DNA of 63,313 nt, filler included. It is 5 parts of 5 records of this genome, joined end to end, with 100 filler letters (N's around TTAATTAATTAA, not from the genome) between each part and the next. Parts side by side here need not be neighbours in the genome. Positions count along the whole stretch, not along the records: positions 31,340 to 63,313 come from SRR20825010_3622; 4 more parts are not named here. One strand, 5' to 3'. A model generated the notes under the pieces. It saw only the letters and a list, made by a program, of their open reading frames with translations. It was not told the DNA's origin and did not search any database. The position numbers and the translations under genes are program-made. Shown here piece after piece: positions 42,421 through 52,225 of the stretch (position 1 is its first letter; each line of letters opens with the position of its first letter).

Positions 42421-43213
42421 CCGTCACTCCTGTCCCCGATGAGTCCTGGCCAGGGTTTGGGTTTGGATTCTGATCCTGATCCTGTTGTTGATCATCGTCC
42501 TGATCGTCTGCGGCATCGTTGACGCTATTCACCACACCCTGGGCAACGTCGTTGTCAAAATCAGGAAGCGTGAAGGTTCTTACCAGCTCTCCAAAACGTT
42601 CATGCTCAATGGTGACCTCGATACCCAGCGGTAAGGGAATGTCGGGGCGCGTACCTGGTGTCATATTGGCCATACTCTCTTCATCAGGCCATTCATCCCG
42701 CCAGTTTCGCTGATCATCGAGAAAACGAACCGTGAACTCAGTGACGTTCGAGAGGAGAAGAAGGTCCTGGCTGTTGTCTTCCTGCCCCCTGTCGACGGTT
42801 ACCCAGTACCGCCGGCGCAATTCATCCCCGGTGTATTCCCAGCCCACCCGCTGCAGACTGCTGCGGCGAGTGCCCAGTGGGTTGCGCCAGCCCTGGCGGG
42901 TGAGAATCAATGAAAACTCTTCTTCACGGCTGGTCAGAGCAGGACGGAAATCGCCGTAAATGTCACGGGCGGACCGGTTCACCACCTGGGTAATGTCCCG
43001 CTCCAGCAAGAGCATGGTGCGTTGAATATTATCAAACTGTTCCGCGACTTCGTTGACCCGGTCCCTGGACGAGACCACATTGCCCAACACCTGCCATACC
43101 CCTAGGCCGATAACAGCGGTGATGGTAACCGCGATCAGCACTTCCATCAGGGTAAAGCCAGCTTGGGCGGAGGGGCGCGACCTGTGTTGAGCAATGATCA
43201 TGGGGGCCGACAT
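42413..43213 (-). CDS. gspJ: Type II secretion minor pseudopilin J
   Basis: G-FTLMEVL, LERDITQ and GWRNP. Confidence 0.92.
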   Translation of the reverse strand: MSAPMIIAQHRSRPSAQAGFTLMEVLIAVTITAVIGLGVWQVLGNVVSSRDRVNEVAEQFDNIQRTMLLLERDITQVVNRSARDIYGDFRPALTSREEEFSLILTRQGWRNPLGTRRSSLQRVGWEYTGDELRRRYWVTVDRGQEDNSQDLLLLSNVTEFTVRFLDDQRNWRDEWPDEESMANMTPGTRPDIPLPLGIEVTIEHERFGELVRTFTLPDFDNDVAQGVVNSVNDAADDQDDDQQQDQDQNPNPNPGQDSSGTGVTGG

Positions 43214-43587
43214 CAGTTCTCACCAATAAACGCAGACAGCGTGTGGATCGGGGCGGGCTCAGGTCTGTTGCCGCGATACTGAGCCACGGTGACCTCAACA
43301 CGGAGAATGGACGGGTCTTCGGTGGCAAGGACAGCAGTGGTTACCTGCCATTGATAGGAGCCGTATTCGATGTCTTCCGAGTTCTCTGAAATAGAGGGCA
43401 GGTTTTCCTGAAGCCGGATTTCGTTGATGCGATTGTCCGCCACCCAGCCAGCCAGTGTTTTGTCCCGAATCCGCTCATAGCTGGAAATATACTGACTACC
43501 CACCTCAGCGGCTGCGGTGGCAATCAGGCCGAAAACCAGCAGAGCCACCAGGACCTCAATCAGTGTGAAACCGCGCTGGCCCTTCAT
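43213..43587 (-). CDS. gspI: Type II secretion minor pseudopilin I
   Basis: G-FTLIEVLVAL and AGWVADN; ATGA overlap with gspH. Confidence 0.92.
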   Translation of the reverse strand: MKGQRGFTLIEVLVALLVFGLIATAAAEVGSQYISSYERIRDKTLAGWVADNRINEIRLQENLPSISENSEDIEYGSYQWQVTTAVLATEDPSILRVEVTVAQYRGNRPEPAPIHTLSAFIGEN

Positions 43588-44117
43588 TCTTCCTCGACCT
43601 CCTCGCTTCCGGGATGGCGCCATTCCAAGGGAGAAACGCCATCAGACGCAATGGTATGCATCCGGGAATCGTCGCGGCCAACAAGGAACTCAATCTCAAA
43701 GGGCGTGGTTTCACCGCTGGAGAAAAACACCACATCCGGCCTCAGTTCATCTTCGTCAGACGCCAGGCGTGGGGTATCGCTTTCGATGTATTCAGTCACC
43801 GTGATCCATTCCGGAAAACTCCGTGTCCGGAACATCCGCTCGGCTGGCTGTTTCCATTCGCCACTCAACTCTTCCCAGGCGACGAAACGATAGCTGTCTT
43901 CCTCGAGGATTAGGCCCAGCTCAGTATTGTTCAGTATCGCCTGCTCCGAGGCGGTCTGCATCAGCAGGTAGAGCTCGCGTACTTCATTTTCCATCTCGCG
44001 ATCACGCGAGCTACCACCCATCGACATAACCGCAAGCGCCGCGAGCAGCCCAACCACCACCAGGACAACGAGTATTTCGATCAGTGTGAAGCCCGACTGT
44101 CGCGTCCTAGAGAGCAC
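43584..44117 (-). CDS. gspH: Type II secretion minor pseudopilin H
   Basis: G-FTLIEILVV and FSSGETTPF. Confidence 0.9.
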   Translation of the reverse strand: MLSRTRQSGFTLIEILVVLVVVGLLAALAVMSMGGSSRDREMENEVRELYLLMQTASEQAILNNTELGLILEEDSYRFVAWEELSGEWKQPAERMFRTRSFPEWITVTEYIESDTPRLASDEDELRPDVVFFSSGETTPFEIEFLVGRDDSRMHTIASDGVSPLEWRHPGSEEVEEE

Positions 44118-44119
44118 TA

Positions 44120-44572
44120 TCAGTCCCTGACCTTCCATACGCTGATATCGGCGTTATCACCGTCACCGCCCTCTCGGCCATCGGCACCGTACGAGTAGAG
44201 ATCATAAGGGCCTTCCGTGCCTGGGTTTACATACTGGTATGGCGCACCCCAGGGATCTTCGGGAACGCTGTTCAGGTACCCTTCCGGATTCCAGTTCCGA
44301 GGCTCGGGGCTGCCACTGGGCTTGGACACCAGTGCCTCAAGGCCCTGCTGGGTTGACGGGTAATGGCTGTTATCAAGGCGGTAGAGGTCCAACGCGTTAG
44401 CGATGTTGCTCATCTGGGTTTCGGCGACGGTCACGCGGGCCTGGTCACTTCGCCCCATGATGTTGGGAGCCACAATGGCTACCAGCAAGCCCAGAATAAC
44501 CATGACCACCATGATTTCGATCAGGGTAAAACCCCGTTGTGCCATTTGATGTTTCATTGTTTCGCTCTTCAT
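44120..44572 (-). CDS. gspG: Type II secretion major pseudopilin G
   Basis: G-FTLIEIMVV, YRLDN..YPSTQQGL, DPWG and GADG. Confidence 0.95.
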   Translation of the reverse strand: MKSETMKHQMAQRGFTLIEIMVVMVILGLLVAIVAPNIMGRSDQARVTVAETQMSNIANALDLYRLDNSHYPSTQQGLEALVSKPSGSPEPRNWNPEGYLNSVPEDPWGAPYQYVNPGTEGPYDLYSYGADGREGGDGDNADISVWKVRD

Positions 44573-44621
44573 CTGTCCCTATCTCTGGGTTTGGAAATGG
44601 GGTTGGCCTGCCGGTCCTGGC

Positions 44622-45833
44622 CTAACCAACCAGGTTGCTCATATTCAGGATCGGAAGCATGATTGCCAGCACGATAATCAACACAACCACGCCCATCAGC
44701 AGCAGCATCATCGGCTCGAACAGGCCCACGATGGCGGCAATCTTGGATTGCAGGGTGTTCTCCTGCATCGTCGCAGTCCGCTCCAGCATGCTGTCCAGCT
44801 CGCCGCTGGCTTCACCGCTGGCGATCATGTGCAGCATCATCGGTGGGAAGTACCCCGTCTGGTCCAGCGAGCGATGAAGGGAACCGCCTTCACTCACCTT
44901 TCTTGCTGCATCCCGCAGCTCCTGACGCAGGTGGTCATTTGAGAGCACCTCACCGGCAATACGCATGGCTTCCACCAACGGTACACCGCTAGTGGTCAGA
45001 ATGCTCAGTGTACTGGCATAGCGTGCGGTGTTGACACCGCGAACCATGCCTGAAAACAGCGGCATGTTCAGCAGGCTTTTATGGAAGCGGAGCCGGAACG
45101 AGGGTTTCTTCAATGACCACCGGAAAACAACCAGTGCCATAATGATCAGTATCAGCAGATAGATACCGTAGTTGCCCAGAAAATCAGAGACTGCCAGCAT
45201 GGCGGCCGTCAGCGCCGGAAGCTCCTGCCCCTGCTTTACAAACACCTCGATGATGTCCGGCACAACATAGGTCAACAGGAACACCACAATGGCAATGGCC
45301 ACAACGCTGAGAATGATTGGGTAAATGGCCGCCAACTGGATTTTCTGACGGGCCTCCTGCCGGGCCTCGGTATAGTCCGCCAGCCGGTTGAGCACCAAAT
45401 CCAGGTGCCCGGCGTGTTCACCCGCAGCCACGGTGGAGCGATAGAGCCGTGGAAATGCCCGTGGGAATTCACCCAGGCTGTCCGCCAGGCTGTACCCCTC
45501 CATGACCTTGGCGCGTATGGCAATCAGCATGCTGCGAATACGAGGCTTGGAAGACTGCTGGGCGGCCGCCGAAAGCGCCTGTTCAATGGGGATGCCGGAC
45601 TGGATAAGCGTCGCCAACTGGCGGGTCACCAGAGCCAGGTCCGCCGTTGCCAGGCTGCCCCGGCTGCTCAGTGGGTTGCTCCGCGCCTGTTTCTCCGAGG
45701 CCGGCTCCACCGCCAGGGGTGTCAGGCCCCGTTCCCGTAATTGCTGGCGAACCGCCCTTGGTGCATCGGCCTCGACAACGCCCTGTTTCTGTTTGCCGCG
45801 ACTGTCGAGTGCCTTGTAATCGAATGCTGGCAT
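44622..45833 (-). CDS. gspF: Type II secretion inner membrane platform protein F
   Basis: TRQLATL, AGEHAGHL, YP motif, SGEASGEL and FEP. Confidence 0.95.
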   Translation of the reverse strand: MPAFDYKALDSRGKQKQGVVEADAPRAVRQQLRERGLTPLAVEPASEKQARSNPLSSRGSLATADLALVTRQLATLIQSGIPIEQALSAAAQQSSKPRIRSMLIAIRAKVMEGYSLADSLGEFPRAFPRLYRSTVAAGEHAGHLDLVLNRLADYTEARQEARQKIQLAAIYPIILSVVAIAIVVFLLTYVVPDIIEVFVKQGQELPALTAAMLAVSDFLGNYGIYLLILIIMALVVFRWSLKKPSFRLRFHKSLLNMPLFSGMVRGVNTARYASTLSILTTSGVPLVEAMRIAGEVLSNDHLRQELRDAARKVSEGGSLHRSLDQTGYFPPMMLHMIASGEASGELDSMLERTATMQENTLQSKIAAIVGLFEPMMLLLMGVVVLIIVLAIMLPILNMSNLVG

Positions 45834-45837
45834 GGAG

Positions 45838-47346
45838 TTACCTGCTCCGGTGGGTCACGCGAAGGACCTCTTCAACCGTGGTCACCCCATCCAGGATTTT
45901 CTGGACGCCATCGGCATGGATGCTCGGGCCATGAAGTCTGGCTTCGTGTTCGAGATCCAGCTCCCCTGCCCGCTTATGGATCAATGAGCTGATCTCCTCG
46001 TTGACCTCAACGACTTCGTAGATACCAATACGGCCCCGATACCCCAACTGGTTGCAGTGTTCGCAGCCCTTGGCGCGATGAATCGTCGGCGGATTGGCCG
46101 GGTCCTGCTGCAGGAATTCGCAATGCTCTTCGCTCGGTGTGTAGGGTTCACAACAGTCCTTGCAGAGCACGCGCACCAATCGCTGGGCCACGATGCCCAC
46201 CAGACTGGAAGAAATCAGGAACGGCTCAATGCCCATGTCCATCAAGCGGGTAATCGCACCCACGGCGGTGTTGGTGTGGAGAGTCGACAACACCAGGTGC
46301 CCGGTCAAACTGGCCTGAACAGCGATTTCCGCCGTTTCCAGGTCACGGATTTCACCGATCATGACCACATCCGGGTCCTGACGCAGAATGGCCCGGAGCC
46401 CACGGGCGAAGGTCATATCCACCTTGGTGTTGACCTGGGTCTGGCCGATACCAGGCAGGTTGTACTCGATCGGGTCCTCAACGGTCAGTATGTTCCGGCT
46501 GCGATCATTGATTTCCTGCAGCGACGCATACAATGTTGTGGATTTACCGGAACCGGTGGGACCGGTTACCAGCAGGATGCCATAGGGCCGATAGATCAGC
46601 CGGCGCAGTATTTTAAGATCGCCGCCCGCCATACCAAGGGATTCCAGGCGAATGCTCCCGGCCTGTTTGTCCAAAAGACGCAATACCACCCGTTCACCGC
46701 TGGATGACGGCATGGTGGACACACGAATGTCGACTTCACGTCCGGCAACCCGCAGGGCGATACGACCATCCTGTGGCACCCGTTTCTCCGCGATGTCCAG
46801 CTTGGCCATAACCTTGATCCGCGACACCAGCAAGGGCGCCAGCGCTCGCTTGGGCTGTACCACTTCCCGCAGAACACCATCCACCCGGAAGCGAACTACA
46901 AGTCGTGTTTCGTAGGTTTCAATATGAACATCAGAGGCGCTGGTTTTGACCGCCTCGGTAAGAATGGCGTTGATAAGCCGAATGATCGGGGCGTCGTCTT
47001 CCTGCTCCAGCAGATCTTCGGTTTCGGGCACCGAATCCGCCAGCGACGCCAGGTCCATATCATCGCCAATACCTTCCACCATCTGCATGGCTTCGGCGGA
47101 ATCATTCTGGTAGGCGGCGTTCAGCGCGGCGTCGAACCGGGCCGGATCAATGGGAGAAAACCTTGCACGCCCCCCGCTGATGCGGTTGGCTTCCGCCAAC
47201 GCTGAGTGACCCGCCCCGGGTCGTACCAGGATTACAGGGTCGCCATCGTCGTCACGGGTCAGAATCACACCGTTGCGTTTGGCGAACGTGAAAGGTAGAC
47301 GGCCCAGCGGAGCATCCTGCGGCTGAAGTTCTGTGTCTGTGTCCAC
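45838..47346 (-). CDS. gspE: Type II secretion ATPase E
   Basis: GPTGSGKST, VEDPIE, LRQDPDVVMIGEIRD and CxxC/CxxC. Confidence 0.96.
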   Translation of the reverse strand: MDTDTELQPQDAPLGRLPFTFAKRNGVILTRDDDGDPVILVRPGAGHSALAEANRISGGRARFSPIDPARFDAALNAAYQNDSAEAMQMVEGIGDDMDLASLADSVPETEDLLEQEDDAPIIRLINAILTEAVKTSASDVHIETYETRLVVRFRVDGVLREVVQPKRALAPLLVSRIKVMAKLDIAEKRVPQDGRIALRVAGREVDIRVSTMPSSSGERVVLRLLDKQAGSIRLESLGMAGGDLKILRRLIYRPYGILLVTGPTGSGKSTTLYASLQEINDRSRNILTVEDPIEYNLPGIGQTQVNTKVDMTFARGLRAILRQDPDVVMIGEIRDLETAEIAVQASLTGHLVLSTLHTNTAVGAITRLMDMGIEPFLISSSLVGIVAQRLVRVLCKDCCEPYTPSEEHCEFLQQDPANPPTIHRAKGCEHCNQLGYRGRIGIYEVVEVNEEISSLIHKRAGELDLEHEARLHGPSIHADGVQKILDGVTTVEEVLRVTHRSR

Positions 47347-47540
47347 GGTCGTCCTCGTTTTGTTGCCGGGGCGGGAAGAAAAAAGTTCCGGAATCCCTTT
47401 CTATTCAATTAATTCAGAAAGGCTACCATAGGATATGGAACCGCTGAATAACTCTATACACTATACTGCCAATAAATCGTTGCAGTCTGATAACCTGTGA
47501 GCCTTTTGCCGGCCCACACCTGCTCTTTTCGGGACATTCA

Positions 47541-48203
47541 ATGCTTTTTACCAGTTCAAGGTTACCACTGATACTCACCATCGTCGCAGGCATCGCCATG
47601 ATCACTGTGACAGCGTGGCAGGGCGTTCGTTTCTGGCAGAATGAAACCAGTGCCGGCGACACCACTTCCACTGCTGACATGACAATGGCGGAAACCGACA
47701 CCCGGAAGGTGCCAGAGGTAAACCTGGCCTCTTTTGCCTTGTTTGGAGAACCCGGTAAAGAGGCGCCCCAAACGGAACCCGATACTGAAAACCTGCCGGA
47801 AACCAATCTGCGGCTGTTTCTTCGCGGTGTGCTGGCCGCCTCGGGCGACTTTCCTGGTAGCGCGTTGATTGAAGACGACAAGCGAAACACCGAAGCCTAT
47901 CTGGTGGGTGATGAGTTGCCTGGCAATGCGACCCTTCGTTCTGTTCGCCCCAATCGCATCATCATTGAACGCAGCGGCAAACTCGAGAACCTCTATTTTC
48001 CCGAAGATGAAGACAGAACGGGGCTCTCCATGGCTTCCACGCAAACCTCCAACGAGCAGGAGGAACCCAGTGGCACGCAAATTCGTCCAACTGGTGTGGA
48101 CAGACGATCTACCTCCACCACCACAGACACCAGCGACCAACGCCGCGAGGAAATCCGGCAGCGCCTGGAACAACTTCGCGAACGCCTGAGAACCAACAAC
48201 TGA
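47541..48203 (+). CDS. gspC: Type II secretion protein C (XcpP type, C-terminal coiled coil, no PDZ)
   Basis: TM segment, LFG, LPETNLRLFLRGV HR domain and RREEIRQRLEQLRERL; divergent from gspE. Confidence 0.88.
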   Translation: MLFTSSRLPLILTIVAGIAMITVTAWQGVRFWQNETSAGDTTSTADMTMAETDTRKVPEVNLASFALFGEPGKEAPQTEPDTENLPETNLRLFLRGVLAASGDFPGSALIEDDKRNTEAYLVGDELPGNATLRSVRPNRIIIERSGKLENLYFPEDEDRTGLSMASTQTSNEQEEPSGTQIRPTGVDRRSTSTTTDTSDQRREEIRQRLEQLRERLRTNN

Positions 48204-48211
48204 GGACAGCC

Positions 48212-48874
48212 ATGGAGACGGCCGCATCGAATCCTCGCCGCAGCGGCTCCCTGCTTTCCATGCTACTCATGGTCATCACGTTAACGGTGGCCGCCTTCGA
48301 ACTCAGCGAACGACTCATGACCTACGTGCGTTCGGAATTCGGCCAGGAGGCCCACGACCGGCTGGAAACCTGGCAAAACCTTCACGATATGGCTTCCCGG
48401 GCAGCGATCGACCGCCAGCTCCGGCTCGTGAATTCCTTCTTTAACCGGGTCCGGTTTGTCAGCGACATTGCCCATTGGGGCGAGGAAGACTACTGGGCGA
48501 CGCCTGTTGAACTGCTGACCACCAATGGCGGAGATTGCGAGGACTTCTCCATCGCAAAATACCTCACCCTTAAATCCATGGGCGTTCCCGACGAGCAACT
48601 ACGCATTGTCTACGTCAAGGCGCTGGAGCTGAACCAGGCACACATGGTATTGGCGTGGTATCCAGAGCCCGACGCTGATCCATTGATCCTCGACAACCTT
48701 ATCAACGAGATCAAACCCGCGTCCCAGAGGCAGGACCTGGAACCGGTCTACAGTTTTAACGGTGACGGTCTGTGGCTGAACCGTTCCAGTGGTGACTCCG
48801 AACGAATCGGGGAAGCAAGAAAACTGGAGCACTGGCAAAGCCTGAATGATCGCATGGTGGACAGCCTTCGCTAG
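48212..48874 (+). CDS. lapG: LapG-like periplasmic transglutaminase-like cysteine peptidase
   Basis: DYWATP, GDCEDFSIAKY, QAHMVL, ILDN and PVYSFN. Confidence 0.85.
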   Translation: METAASNPRRSGSLLSMLLMVITLTVAAFELSERLMTYVRSEFGQEAHDRLETWQNLHDMASRAAIDRQLRLVNSFFNRVRFVSDIAHWGEEDYWATPVELLTTNGGDCEDFSIAKYLTLKSMGVPDEQLRIVYVKALELNQAHMVLAWYPEPDADPLILDNLINEIKPASQRQDLEPVYSFNGDGLWLNRSSGDSERIGEARKLEHWQSLNDRMVDSLR

Positions 48875-48883
48875 ACTCGCCGC

Positions 48884-48948
48884 TGTCGGCATAAGACACA
48901 AGACTTGTCGCCAGGCGACACTGCGTTAACAGTACCCGGCGGTACAAT
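48884..48948 (+). promoter_or_regulatory. Tandem TGTC-N7-GACA sites and TACAAT -10 upstream of the FAD-oxidoreductase operon
   Basis: TGTCggcataaGACA (48884-48898) and TGTCgccaggcGACA (48906-48920), starts 22 bp apart; TACAAT at 48943-48948. Confidence 0.55.
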
Positions 48949-49001
48949 CTGCCCCACGAGTAATCAGACGTACACACATTTACCAACGAGGAACGGCCAA
49001 C

Positions 49002-50597
49002 ATGCGACGCTGGAACGGCTGGGGAGATGACCAGTTCAATCTTGAATTACCCAAAGAGGGGCAGCGGTTTCTGGACGAGCGCGTAGGGAGTGCCGTTCCA
49101 CTGGCGGATGTATCTCTGGATCAGGTTTGTGCCCAGGTGCCAGACAGTAAGCTGCCGCCAAACCCGGCCTGTATCGACGCGGCCGAAGATCGGGTGCGTC
49201 ACGCCCGCGGGCAAAGCCTCGCCGACTGGCTCGCCATGCGCAGCGGCGACTTTGGCGTATTTCCCGATGGTGTTGCCTATCCGGAGTCGTCCCTGGATGT
49301 TCAGGCTCTGCTTCAGTATGCCGAAGAGAACGATGTTGCCCTCATCCCCTATGGCGGCGGCACCAGCGTGGCAGGCCACATCAACCCCGTGGACGGTGAC
49401 CAGCCAGTGCTGACCGTTGATATGGGGCGGATGAATCGCCTGATAGACCTGGACAGGGAAAGCCAGATCGCCACCTTTGGGGCTGGCACCCCGGGCCCCT
49501 TGGTGGAGTCACAGTTACGGGCGCTGGGTTATACCCTGGGGCACTTTCCGCAGTCTTTCGAACTGTCCACCATTGGCGGCTGGGTCGCCAGCCGATCCAG
49601 TGGTCAGCAATCACTCCGTTACGGCCGTATCGAGCAGTTGTTTGCCGGGGGCCGCATCGAAACCCTGAAAGGTACGCTGGACATCCCCACGATTCCCGCC
49701 TCCAGTGCCGGCCCGGACATCCGCGAGATGATCCTGGGCTCCGAGGGTAGGATCGGCCTTATCACAGAAGTGAAAGTGCGCGTCACGCCACTGCCTGCCC
49801 ATGAAAGCTTCCATGTCATGTTCTTCCCGTCGTGGGACAAGGCTCGAACAGCCTGTCGCAAGCTGGTGCAGAACCGCACCCAGCTCTCGATGCTTCGCCT
49901 GAGCAACGCCACCGAAACTGAAACCCAGCTCGCCCTTGCGGGACACCCCGGGATGATTGGCCTGCTGGAGTCCTATCTGGGCCTGCGGGGCGCCAAAGAC
50001 GGCAAATGCATGATGACGTTTGGCCTCACAGGCAGCACACGCCAATGCCGGAACGCCCTCAAGGAAACCCGGGAACTCTGCCGGGAGTTTGGTGGGATCT
50101 ACACCGGTAAAAAACTGGGCGACAAATGGGCCGCCAAACGCTTCACCATGCCCTACCTACGAGAAGCCCTCTGGAAACTCGGGTACGCCGTCGACACCCT
50201 GGAAACCGCCACCGACTGGGACAACGTCGACAAACTCTTAATCCAGATTGAAGAAAACCTCCGTAACCAACTGAATGAAAAGAAAGAGCTGGTTCATGTT
50301 TTCACCCATCTTTCGCATTTCTATACCCAGGGCTGCAGCCTCTACACCACCTATGTGTTCCGGGTGGCCGACAGCTACGAGGAAACCCTGGCGCGCTGGA
50401 AAACCCTGAAAACCAGCACGTCGGACATTATCGTTAACAACCGGGGCACCATTAGCCATCAACATGGCGTTGGCAAGGATCATGCGCCCTTCCTGCCCGT
50501 CGAAAAAGGCGAGCTGGGCATGCTGGCCATCGGATCTCTTTGCCAGACATTCGATCCCGCCGGCTTGATGAATCCACAAACACTGGTTCAGAAGTAA
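49002..50597 (+). CDS. FAD-binding oxidoreductase, alkyl-dihydroxyacetonephosphate synthase-like
   Basis: MRRWNGWG, PYGGGTSV, GHFPQSFELST, GSEG and SHQHGVG. Confidence 0.88.
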   Translation: MRRWNGWGDDQFNLELPKEGQRFLDERVGSAVPLADVSLDQVCAQVPDSKLPPNPACIDAAEDRVRHARGQSLADWLAMRSGDFGVFPDGVAYPESSLDVQALLQYAEENDVALIPYGGGTSVAGHINPVDGDQPVLTVDMGRMNRLIDLDRESQIATFGAGTPGPLVESQLRALGYTLGHFPQSFELSTIGGWVASRSSGQQSLRYGRIEQLFAGGRIETLKGTLDIPTIPASSAGPDIREMILGSEGRIGLITEVKVRVTPLPAHESFHVMFFPSWDKARTACRKLVQNRTQLSMLRLSNATETETQLALAGHPGMIGLLESYLGLRGAKDGKCMMTFGLTGSTRQCRNALKETRELCREFGGIYTGKKLGDKWAAKRFTMPYLREALWKLGYAVDTLETATDWDNVDKLLIQIEENLRNQLNEKKELVHVFTHLSHFYTQGCSLYTTYVFRVADSYEETLARWKTLKTSTSDIIVNNRGTISHQHGVGKDHAPFLPVEKGELGMLAIGSLCQTFDPAGLMNPQTLVQK

Positions 50598-52225
50598 TGC
50601 CTCTAACGCGCGAACAAAAGCTTGACCAGCTGGCCCGTGGCGACGCCGCCTTCGATGTGGTTGTGGTCGGCGGGGGCATCACCGGAGCGGGCATCGCTCG
50701 CGAAGCCGCCGGCAGCGGCTTGAGCACCTTACTGGTGGAGCAACGGGACTTCTCCTGGGGGACCTCCAGCCGTTCTTCGAAAATGATCCACGGTGGTCTG
50801 CGCTACCTCGGCAGCGGGCACTTTCGCCTGACACGGGACGCGGTGCGGGAACGGGAGCGCCTGCTGGCAGAGGCGCCGGGGCTAATCGACCCCCTGCGCT
50901 TCATAATGCCTCACTACCAGAAACAGTTCCCCGGCCCTAAGCTGTTCCAGCTGCTGCTGCGTCTGTACGACCGACTTGCGGGCAAGCCGTCCAGGCAGCG
51001 ACTCAGCCCGGCAGACACATTGCAGTGGGTGCCGGGCCTCTCCACCAGCCATCTGACCGGTGCCAGCGGCTTCACCGATGCCGTTACCGACGATGCGCGT
51101 CTGGTGCAACGTGTACTCGAAGAAGCCGAGGCCGATGGTGCGATCTGCCTGAACTATATGCAGGCGCAGGCAGTTCTCCGCAACAGTGAGACCAACGCCG
51201 TCACAGGCGTTCACCTTCTGGACACCAGCGCGGATTCCCAAACGCCGGAAATGACCGTCAACACCCCACTGGTTATTAACGCCACGGGTGCCTGGGCGGG
51301 CCAGTTGAAGCAGACCGATAGTAGTGACACCCGAATACGTCCCCTGAGGGGAAGCCACCTGGTTGTTCCCTATTCGCGGCTTCCGGTGTCCTGCTCGGTG
51401 TCGCTGTTTCATCCGGAGGACCATCGGCCTGTATTTGCCTTCCCATGGCAAGGCACGACGGTGCTGGGGACCACGGACCTCGACCACACAGAGTCGCTGT
51501 CCCGTGAGCCGGCCATCAATCGGGAGGAGCTGGACTACCTGCTGCAGATCTCCTCAAGGCTGTTTCCCGCCAGTGCCATCACCGAGCGCGACGTGATCGC
51601 AACCTGGGCGGGAGTGCGCCCTGTCGTCACCCAATCACCCGTGCTTAATCAATCAAAGGGAACGCGAAAACCCTCAAAGGAGAATCGGGAACATGTGATT
51701 TGGTCCGACAATGGCCTGATCAGCGTCGCCGGTGGCAAGTTAACCACCTTCCGGTTGATTGCCCGGGAAGTACTCGAACGGGGGCAAATGCCGGGTTTTC
51801 ACCTCAGAAACAATGCGCTGCCGGTATTTGCATCGCCCCCGGACCTCGAACGTCCTGACGCCATCAACCATCAGAACTGGCATCGTTTGCAGGGCTTCTA
51901 CGGCCCTGCTCTGCCAGAGGTCCTGCGTGCCGGCACTCATGAAACCGTTGCCGGCACCGACACCCTGTGGGCGGAGTTGGCCTGGGCGGCCGCCAATACC
52001 GGCGTGATCCACTTGGATGACCTGATGTTGCGCCGTACCCGGCTCGGGCTGGTGCTTCCAGAAGGCGGTGAAGACCTGCTCCCGGACATACGTTGCCTGT
52101 GCAAGCCCATCCTGGCCTGGGACGACACCACCTGGGAACGGGAAGAGGCACGTTATCTGGAGCTCTGGCGATCTTGCTACTCGCTTCCGGCCACATTTCC
52201 GGCCAAACAAGAGGCCACTGGATGA
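50597..52225 (+). CDS. FAD-dependent glycerol-3-phosphate dehydrogenase/oxidase family protein
   Basis: GGGITGAG, GTSSRSSKMIHGGLRYL, GTTD, GVRP and GGKLTT; TAATG coupling to the upstream gene. Confidence 0.9.
   Translation: MPLTREQKLDQLARGDAAFDVVVVGGGITGAGIAREAAGSGLSTLLVEQRDFSWGTSSRSSKMIHGGLRYLGSGHFRLTRDAVRERERLLAEAPGLIDPLRFIMPHYQKQFPGPKLFQLLLRLYDRLAGKPSRQRLSPADTLQWVPGLSTSHLTGASGFTDAVTDDARLVQRVLEEAEADGAICLNYMQAQAVLRNSETNAVTGVHLLDTSADSQTPEMTVNTPLVINATGAWAGQLKQTDSSDTRIRPLRGSHLVVPYSRLPVSCSVSLFHPEDHRPVFAFPWQGTTVLGTTDLDHTESLSREPAINREELDYLLQISSRLFPASAITERDVIATWAGVRPVVTQSPVLNQSKGTRKPSKENREHVIWSDNGLISVAGGKLTTFRLIAREVLERGQMPGFHLRNNALPVFASPPDLERPDAINHQNWHRLQGFYGPALPEVLRAGTHETVAGTDTLWAELAWAAANTGVIHLDDLMLRRTRLGLVLPEGGEDLLPDIRCLCKPILAWDDTTWEREEARYLELWRSCYSLPATFPAKQEATG

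Noticed and set aside
42445-42520. Short tandem repeats in the gspJ 3' end (DQDQNPNPNP)
   Set aside because: Low-complexity disordered tail with no evidence of an independent function.
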